A stretch of DNA of 44,616 nucleotides, from positions 1 through 44,616 of the forward strand of contig JACCYC010000060.1 of assembly GCA_013696665.1 (NCBI GenBank), in the 5' to 3' direction. The notes beneath the pieces are model-generated. The model saw only the letters and a list, made by a program, of their open reading frames with translations. It was not told where the DNA came from and did not search any database. The DNA comes from Burkholderiaceae bacterium. Lineage in GTDB: Bacteria > Pseudomonadota > Gammaproteobacteria > Burkholderiales > Burkholderiaceae_F. The translations under genes were made by a program, and so were the position numbers. Below, piece by piece: positions 39,088-44,616 of the stretch (its first letter is position 1; each line of letters begins with the position of its first letter).

Positions 39088-40473
39088 ATGACAGCGAGAA
39101 CTGCGGCGCGCGTGCCGCTGGTCAAAGCAAAGCCCACCGCCCCTTCGGTGGGCTTTGTGTCTCTGGGCTGTCCGAAAGCACTAGTCGATTCGGAGCTGAT
39201 CATCACGCAGCTTCGCGCTGAGGGATACGCGACCAGTGCGAGCTACGGCGGCGCCGATCTGGTCATCGTCAACACCTGCGGTTTCATCGATGCAGCAGTC
39301 AAGGAATCGCTCGATGCAATCGGCGAGGCGCTCGCCGAAAATGGCAAGGTGATCGTAACCGGCTGCCTCGGGGCGAAAAGCGAGGGCGGCCAAAATCTGA
39401 TCAGCAAGGTCCATCCTAAAGTGCTCGCGGTCACCGGGCCGCATGCCGCCGGTGAAGTGCTCGACCATGTGCATCGACACCTGCCGCGGCCGCACGACCC
39501 CTACAGCGATCTGGTGCCACCCGCGGGCCTCAAGCTGACGCCGCGCCATTACGCGTACCTAAAGATTTCGGAAGGCTGCAACCATCGCTGCAGCTTCTGC
39601 ATCATCCCCTCGATGCGAGGTGACCTGGCGTCGCGTCCGATTGGTGATGTGCTGCGCGAAGCAGAGAATCTGTTGAAGCAGGGTGTGCGTGAGTTGCTCG
39701 TGATTTCGCAGGACACCAGCGCCTATGGCGTTGACGTCCGCTATCAACTGGGCTTCGTTGGCGGACGCGCGGTGCGCACGCGCATGGCCGAACTGGTCAC
39801 TGAACTTGCCCGGCTTGCCGAGGGGTACGGTGCGTGGGTTCGGTTGCACTATGTCTATCCGTATCCGCACGTCGACGCCATTGTTCCCCTGATGACGCAG
39901 GGGCGGCTGCTTCCTTACCTCGATGTGCCGTTTCAGCACGCGCATCCGCGCGTACTGAAGTCGATGAAGCGGCCTGCATCAGGCGAGAAGAACATCGAGC
40001 GAATCAGGGCATGGCGCGAAATTTGCCCGGACCTCACGATTCGTTCAACGTTCATTGCGGGCTTTCCAGGTGAGACCGACGAGGAGTTTGAATACCTGCT
40101 CGACTTTCTGCGCGAGGCCCAGCTCGATCGGGTCGGCTGCTTCGCCTATTCGCCGGTAGTCGGTGCGGCGGCTAACGCACTGCCCGGCCATGTTCCTGGC
40201 GATGTGCGCGAAGAGCGTCGTGGTCGATTGATGCAGCTGCAGGAGCAGATTTCCGCAGAGCGCTTACAACGCAAGGTGGGCACAGTGCAACGTGTGTTGA
40301 TCGACGAGATCGGTCCGACGGCTGGAGTCGGGCGCACGTCGGCGGATGCGCCGGAGATCGATGGGCTTGTTGAGTTTCAGAAAGGGCGCCGCAAGCTGAA
40401 TAGCGGCGACTTCGTCAATGTGCTGATCACGTCGGCTGCTGTGCACGATCTGCGTGGCACGCTGTGCGATTAG
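39088..40473 (+). CDS. rimO: ribosomal protein S12 methylthiotransferase RimO
   Basis: Trimmed to the ATG at 39088. MTTase N-domain ([15 protein letters not shown]), radical SAM motif CNHRCSFC and a C-terminal TRAM domain. Confidence 0.92.
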   Translation: MTARTAARVPLVKAKPTAPSVGFVSLGCPKALVDSELIITQLRAEGYATSASYGGADLVIVNTCGFIDAAVKESLDAIGEALAENGKVIVTGCLGAKSEGGQNLISKVHPKVLAVTGPHAAGEVLDHVHRHLPRPHDPYSDLVPPAGLKLTPRHYAYLKISEGCNHRCSFCIIPSMRGDLASRPIGDVLREAENLLKQGVRELLVISQDTSAYGVDVRYQLGFVGGRAVRTRMAELVTELARLAEGYGAWVRLHYVYPYPHVDAIVPLMTQGRLLPYLDVPFQHAHPRVLKSMKRPASGEKNIERIRAWREICPDLTIRSTFIAGFPGETDEEFEYLLDFLREAQLDRVGCFAYSPVVGAAANALPGHVPGDVREERRGRLMQLQEQISAERLQRKVGTVQRVLIDEIGPTAGVGRTSADAPEIDGLVEFQKGRRKLNSGDFVNVLITSAAVHDLRGTLCD

Positions 40474-40509
40474 GCAGTAGCCGCGTAGGCTATTGAGGCA
40501 GGAGTCGAA

Positions 40510-41691
40510 ATGAGAGAAGTTGTAGTCGTCAGCGGAGTTCGGACCGCAATCGGAACGTTCGGAGGAAGCCTGAAGGACATTCCTCCGACACGCCTCGGCG
40601 CAATCGTGGTCGCGGAGGCAATGAAGCGCGCCGGCATTGCCGGTGACGAAGTGGGGCATGTCGTTTTCGGTCACGTAATCAACACTGAGCCGCGTGACAT
40701 GTACCTTGCGCGTGTTGCTGCAGTCAACGGCGGGGTCGCGCACGATGCGCCCTGTCTTACGCTGAATCGACTGTGCGGCAGCGGCCTGCAGGCGATCATT
40801 TCAGCCGCTCAGTCGATCATGCTCGGCGATGCGGACATCGCGATCGGTGGAGGCGCCGAAAACATGTCGCGTGGACCCTATCTACTGCCGTCCGGTCGGT
40901 GGGGACAGCGCATGGGCGATGTCAAAGCGACGGACATGATGACGGGTGCATTGCACGACCCTTTCGATGTGATTCACATGGGCGTGACCGCCGAGAACGT
41001 CGCAACGCGCTGGGGGATCTCGCGCGAAGATCAGGACGCGCTTGCCGTCGAAAGTCATCGGCGCGCGGCGCACGCGACCCAGGAAGGGCGTTTCAAGAGT
41101 CAGATCGTGCCGGTCGAGATCAAGAGCAAGAAAGGCCCGGCAGCGTTTGAGATCGACGAACATTTTCGCGAGGGGGTGTCGCTGCAGGACCTGGCCAAGT
41201 TAAAACCCGTATTCGCAAAAGACAATGGCACGGTCACGGCAGGCAACGCGTCGGGCATCAACGATGGCGCTGCCGCCGTGGTGTTGATGGAGCGTGGAGT
41301 GGCCGAGAAGCGAGGTATCAAACCCATCGCGAAGCTGTTGAGCTACGGCCATGCGGGCGTCGATCCGAAGTACATGGGAATCGGCCCTGTGCCTTCGACC
41401 AGACGGGCACTGGAGCGCGCGGGTCTGACGGTGGCCGATCTTGATGTGATTGAAGCGAACGAAGCATTCGCGGCGCAGGCTTGTGCGGTTGCGCGCGATC
41501 TGGCCTTTTTACCCGACAAAGTGAATCCGAACGGCAGTGGCATCTCGCTGGGCCATCCGGTGGGTGCCACCGGCGCAATCATTACCGTCAAGGCACTTTA
41601 CGAGCTGGAGCGGATCGACGGGCGTTATGCGCTTGCCACGATGTGCATCGGCGGGGGGCAGGGCATTGCCGCTATTTTCGAGCGAATCTAG
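40510..41691 (+). CDS. second thiolase (acetyl-CoA C-acyltransferase, BktB-like)
   Basis: Motifs NRLCGSGLQAI, GHPVGATGAI and CIGGGQG. It is a paralogue of phaA. Confidence 0.9.
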   Translation: MREVVVVSGVRTAIGTFGGSLKDIPPTRLGAIVVAEAMKRAGIAGDEVGHVVFGHVINTEPRDMYLARVAAVNGGVAHDAPCLTLNRLCGSGLQAIISAAQSIMLGDADIAIGGGAENMSRGPYLLPSGRWGQRMGDVKATDMMTGALHDPFDVIHMGVTAENVATRWGISREDQDALAVESHRRAAHATQEGRFKSQIVPVEIKSKKGPAAFEIDEHFREGVSLQDLAKLKPVFAKDNGTVTAGNASGINDGAAAVVLMERGVAEKRGIKPIAKLLSYGHAGVDPKYMGIGPVPSTRRALERAGLTVADLDVIEANEAFAAQACAVARDLAFLPDKVNPNGSGISLGHPVGATGAIITVKALYELERIDGRYALATMCIGGGQGIAAIFERI

Positions 41692-41746
41692 TCGCGCGCG
41701 CACACCGATGTTGTCGGCCGCAATCGACGTTGTGCGTTAACCGAAC

Positions 41747-42349
41747 ATGGGTCGTTCAACCTCCTTCGAGATTCGGCGTCGTCTTCTGCTGGCCGGTGCC
41801 GCGCTCGCCGGCCAGGCGGCGCTGGCAGCGCCCGCCACCGACGACGCAGCAACACCTGAAACTCGTCTGCGCGAACTGCTCAGCGAACGGCGCTCGTTGC
41901 GGCTTTTGCGAGGAACCGAGACGCTCAGTGCGACCTATTGGACGGCCGACAGCGGGTACAACCGCGATGAATATCTGAATATCTGCTGGCTGATGCGCGA
42001 CGTGCAGGCCGACCGAGTGTTTCCGATGCATCACGGTTTGCTCGACGTGCTGTGTGGCCTGCAGGTGTGGCTAGGCCGTATCGGTAACGATGCACCGCTG
42101 CAGATTTACTCGGGCTATCGGAGTCCGAAGACAAACAATCGCACTGAAGGCGCAGCACTGAATTCGCGTCATCTGGTTGGCAGGGCGGTTGATATCGGCG
42201 TGACCGGAGTCTCCAACGTCAAGTTGGCCGGAATGGCGAGCTTGCTTGGGCGCGGCGGCACCGGGTTCTATCCAGGTCGCAATTTCGTCCATGTAGATAC
42301 GGGCGATGAGCGAATCTGGATCGATCGCGCGCGGAAAAAGGCAAGCTAA
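41747..42349 (+). CDS. Tat-exported DUF882/YcbK-like peptidase M15A family protein
   Basis: Twin-arginine signal FEIRRRLLLAGAALAG. Zn-ligand pattern SRHLVGRAVDI ... FVHVD. Confidence 0.8.
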   Translation: MGRSTSFEIRRRLLLAGAALAGQAALAAPATDDAATPETRLRELLSERRSLRLLRGTETLSATYWTADSGYNRDEYLNICWLMRDVQADRVFPMHHGLLDVLCGLQVWLGRIGNDAPLQIYSGYRSPKTNNRTEGAALNSRHLVGRAVDIGVTGVSNVKLAGMASLLGRGGTGFYPGRNFVHVDTGDERIWIDRARKKAS

Positions 42350-42368
42350 AACGGCTGAAGGTGGCGAA

Positions 42369-43229
42369 TCAGCAGTCCACGAACCAGTTGAGCACGCCGT
42401 CGAGCGGGCTGTGGTCCAGCGAAAATCTGGCGCGCTCCTTGACGACCGGCTTGGCGCGATAGGCCACCGAAATTCCGGCGAGCTCCATCATCTTGAGGTC
42501 GTTGGCCCCATCGCCGATCGCGATCGACTGAGAAGTTGCGCAACCGATCTCTGCGCACACGTCGCGCACGGCCTGTGCTTTACCCGCGGCATCGACGATG
42601 TCACCGCCGTGGGGTCCGGAAACTTTTCCGGTCAATCGACCGTCGATGATCGCGAGTTCGTTTGCACGCACGTAATCGATAGGCAGCGTGGCCTTGACGC
42701 GGTCGGTAAAGAACGTGAAGCCCCCGGTTGCGAGCAGCGTCTTCAACCCGGCGCGCCGACATTCCGCGACCAGTCTTTGCGCACCGTCATTCAGCGCAAG
42801 TTTTTCGTCGTATACGCGAGCAAGCACGCCCGCATCAATGCCCGCCAACATTTCAACGCGCCGACGCAGGCTTTCCGGATAGTCGAGCTCGCCGCGCATC
42901 GCGGCCTCGGTGATCGCAGCGACCTGGGCGCCTTGTCCCGCATATGCCGCAACTTCATCGAGCGTCTCGATATTGACCAGCGTCGAATCCATATCGAGCA
43001 CCAGCAGGCGGAAGTCCTTCAGGCGCGAAGAAGGCTCGACGAACGCAATGTCGAGTTTCCAGTAGGCCGACAGCCCGCGGACGGCCCTTCGCGTTTCGTT
43101 GTCGTCGCGCACCGTTACGCAACGCGCTGCCTTTCCGAGCAGGGTGATGCGTTCGGGCATGCAGACGACCTTGAACGTGTCGAGCGCCGCCGGCGTCAGC
43201 GCTGGCCCCTGGACGATAAGGTCCTTCAT
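42369..43229 (-). CDS. serB: phosphoserine phosphatase
   Basis: HAD motifs LVLDMDSTLV and GDGANDL, with an N-terminal ACT-like region. ATGA overlap with the mfd stop. Confidence 0.88.
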   Translation of the reverse strand: MKDLIVQGPALTPAALDTFKVVCMPERITLLGKAARCVTVRDDNETRRAVRGLSAYWKLDIAFVEPSSRLKDFRLLVLDMDSTLVNIETLDEVAAYAGQGAQVAAITEAAMRGELDYPESLRRRVEMLAGIDAGVLARVYDEKLALNDGAQRLVAECRRAGLKTLLATGGFTFFTDRVKATLPIDYVRANELAIIDGRLTGKVSGPHGGDIVDAAGKAQAVRDVCAEIGCATSQSIAIGDGANDLKMMELAGISVAYRAKPVVKERARFSLDHSPLDGVLNWFVDC

Positions 43230-44616
43230 GACTGGCCAATGGCTCTGAATACTTCACGCAGTCGCTGCAACCGGGCGTCTGTATTGACGGTCTTTTCTTC
43301 GATCCGAAGGCGCTCGGGCCCGGCAAGTCGCATCGTTTTCGATCCCTGCATCAGCCGGATCAACTTCGCGGTGTCAAACGGCGGGTCGGGTATGAACTGG
43401 ATCACGATGACGTCAGACGAAGCGTCAATTTTTTTCACACCCAGCTTCTCGCCGACAAGGCGCAGGCGGTGCGTGTCGATCAAAGCCTTGGCGGCCTCGG
43501 GCAACTTGCCATAGCGATCGACCAGTTCCTCCTGTCGCCCGATCAGCTCGTCCTCACTGTCGGCCGATGCGAGCTTCTTGTACATCGATAGGCGCTGGTG
43601 CACATCGCCAACGTAATCGGACGGTAGCAGCGCGGGCACGTGCAGATTGATCTCGGTAACAACGCGCAGCGGTGCCAGCAGATCGGGTTCGCGCCCCGAT
43701 CGCAACGCGCGCACTGCAGCGTTCAACATCTGCGTATACAGATCGAAGCCGACCTCCTGCATGTTGCCGCTTTGATTTTCTCCGAGCACTTCACCGGCGC
43801 CGCGAATCTCGAGGTCGTGCATCGCCAGGTAAAAGCCACTGCCAAGTTCCTCAAGATTCTGAATCGCCTCCAGCCGCTTCTCTGCGTTCTTGGTCAGCCC
43901 GCCAGCGTCGGGCACCATCAGGTACGCATACGCCTGGTGATGCGATCGCCCGACGCGTCCGCGCAATTGATGCAGCTGCGCAAGCCCGAATTTGTCGGCG
44001 CGATGAATGATGATCGTGTTCGCGGTAGGCACATCAATGCCTGTCTCGATGATCGTCGTGCACAGAAGCACGTTGAATCGCTGTTGGTAGAAATCGCGCA
44101 TCACACGCTCGAGCTCGCGCTCGTGCATCTGGCCGTGCGCGATCTCGATTCGCGCCTCGGGCAGCAGCTCGGCAAGCCGCGCGCGCCGGTTGTCGATCGT
44201 CTCGACTTCGTTATGCAGGAAGTACACCTGCCCGCCGCGCTTGAGCTCGCGCAGCACGGCCTCGCGCATCAACGATGCGCTCTCCTTGCGCACGAATGTC
44301 TTGATGGCGAGCCGGCGCTGCGGTGCCGTGGCGATCACCGAGAACTCGCGGATACCTTCCAGCGACAAGGCCAGAGTGCGGGGAATCGGCGTCGCGGTCA
44401 GCGTCAGTACATCAACGTCGGCACGCAGCGCCTTCAGTCTTTCCTTCTGCCGCACGCCAAAGCGATGCTCCTCGTCGATGATGACGAGCCCGAGCCGCTC
44501 GAAGTTGATCGACTCGGTCAGCAACTTGTGAGTGCCGATCACGATGTCGATTGCGCCCGCGTTGATCCCCGCGACGGCTTCTGCAACTTCCTTGCTGGAT
44601 CGAAACCGGGATAGTT
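43226..44616 (-). CDS. mfd: transcription-repair coupling factor, C-terminal part (5' end beyond window)
   Basis: The frame is open to the window edge. Motifs: GLVIIDEEHRFG (DEEH box), TATPIPRTL and QLRGRVGRS, plus a C-terminal TRCF domain. Confidence 0.92.
   Translation of the reverse strand, partial: LSRFRSSKEVAEAVAGINAGAIDIVIGTHKLLTESINFERLGLVIIDEEHRFGVRQKERLKALRADVDVLTLTATPIPRTLALSLEGIREFSVIATAPQRRLAIKTFVRKESASLMREAVLRELKRGGQVYFLHNEVETIDNRRARLAELLPEARIEIAHGQMHERELERVMRDFYQQRFNVLLCTTIIETGIDVPTANTIIIHRADKFGLAQLHQLRGRVGRSHHQAYAYLMVPDAGGLTKNAEKRLEAIQNLEELGSGFYLAMHDLEIRGAGEVLGENQSGNMQEVGFDLYTQMLNAAVRALRSGREPDLLAPLRVVTEINLHVPALLPSDYVGDVHQRLSMYKKLASADSEDELIGRQEELVDRYGKLPEAAKALIDTHRLRLVGEKLGVKKIDASSDVIVIQFIPDPPFDTAKLIRLMQGSKTMRLAGPERLRIEEKTVNTDARLQRLREVFRAIGQS

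Noticed and set aside
31063-41691. Two thiolase genes (31063-32241 and 40510-41691) considered as a recent duplication or repeat flanking a mobile unit.
   Set aside because: The proteins are clearly diverged paralogues of the known phaA/bktB-type pair. No extended nucleotide identity or terminal repeats are visible.
41699-41736. Imperfect long hairpin after the second thiolase (CGCACA ... TGTGCG with inner CGAT/ATCG pairing), and a 5-bp hairpin after rimO (40478-40492), considered as intrinsic terminators.
   Set aside because: The stems are short or interrupted and are not followed by a proper U tract. That is too weak to call as features.

Overview
High-GC (about 60%) core chromosomal segment. 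Its synteny looks betaproteobacterial, Burkholderiales-like; that is inferred from gene order, not from a database search. Coding density is very high and I see no tRNA, rRNA, CRISPR array, IS element, integrase or prophage gene. Gene order, left to right: mdh (-, cut by the window edge); gntR-sdhCDAB-sdhE-gltA (+); a YihY-family membrane protein, creD, korB, korA and an Fe-S flavoprotein (all -); sucA-sucB-lpdA-zapE, a secreted coiled-coil protein and an Hsp70-like ATPase (+); a PP2C phosphatase (-); a DUF465 protein and a DinG-like helicase (+); bamD (-); rluD-pgeF-phaC-phaA (+); a GT2 glycosyltransferase (-); phaB (+); DUF1330 plus a three-gene ABC importer (-); phaR-rimO, a second thiolase and a DUF882/M15 peptidase (+); serB and mfd (-, mfd cut by the window edge). 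Many track ORFs carry spurious N-terminal extensions, so I re-set starts using RBS position, upstream stop codons and start/stop overlaps. I found no convincing defence-type or mobile novel system. The most interesting points: (1) a ferredoxin-type 2-oxoacid oxidoreductase module (korAB plus a fused flavoprotein-ferredoxin) sits head-to-head with the 2-oxoglutarate dehydrogenase operon; (2) creD has an apparent frameshift at its 3' end; (3) a start-less, cysteine-pair-rich open frame follows the korB stop in frame; (4) the phaCAB-phaR cluster is interrupted twice by antisense-oriented genes; (5) an uncharacterised coiled-coil / Hsp70-like / PP2C neighbourhood lies downstream of zapE.
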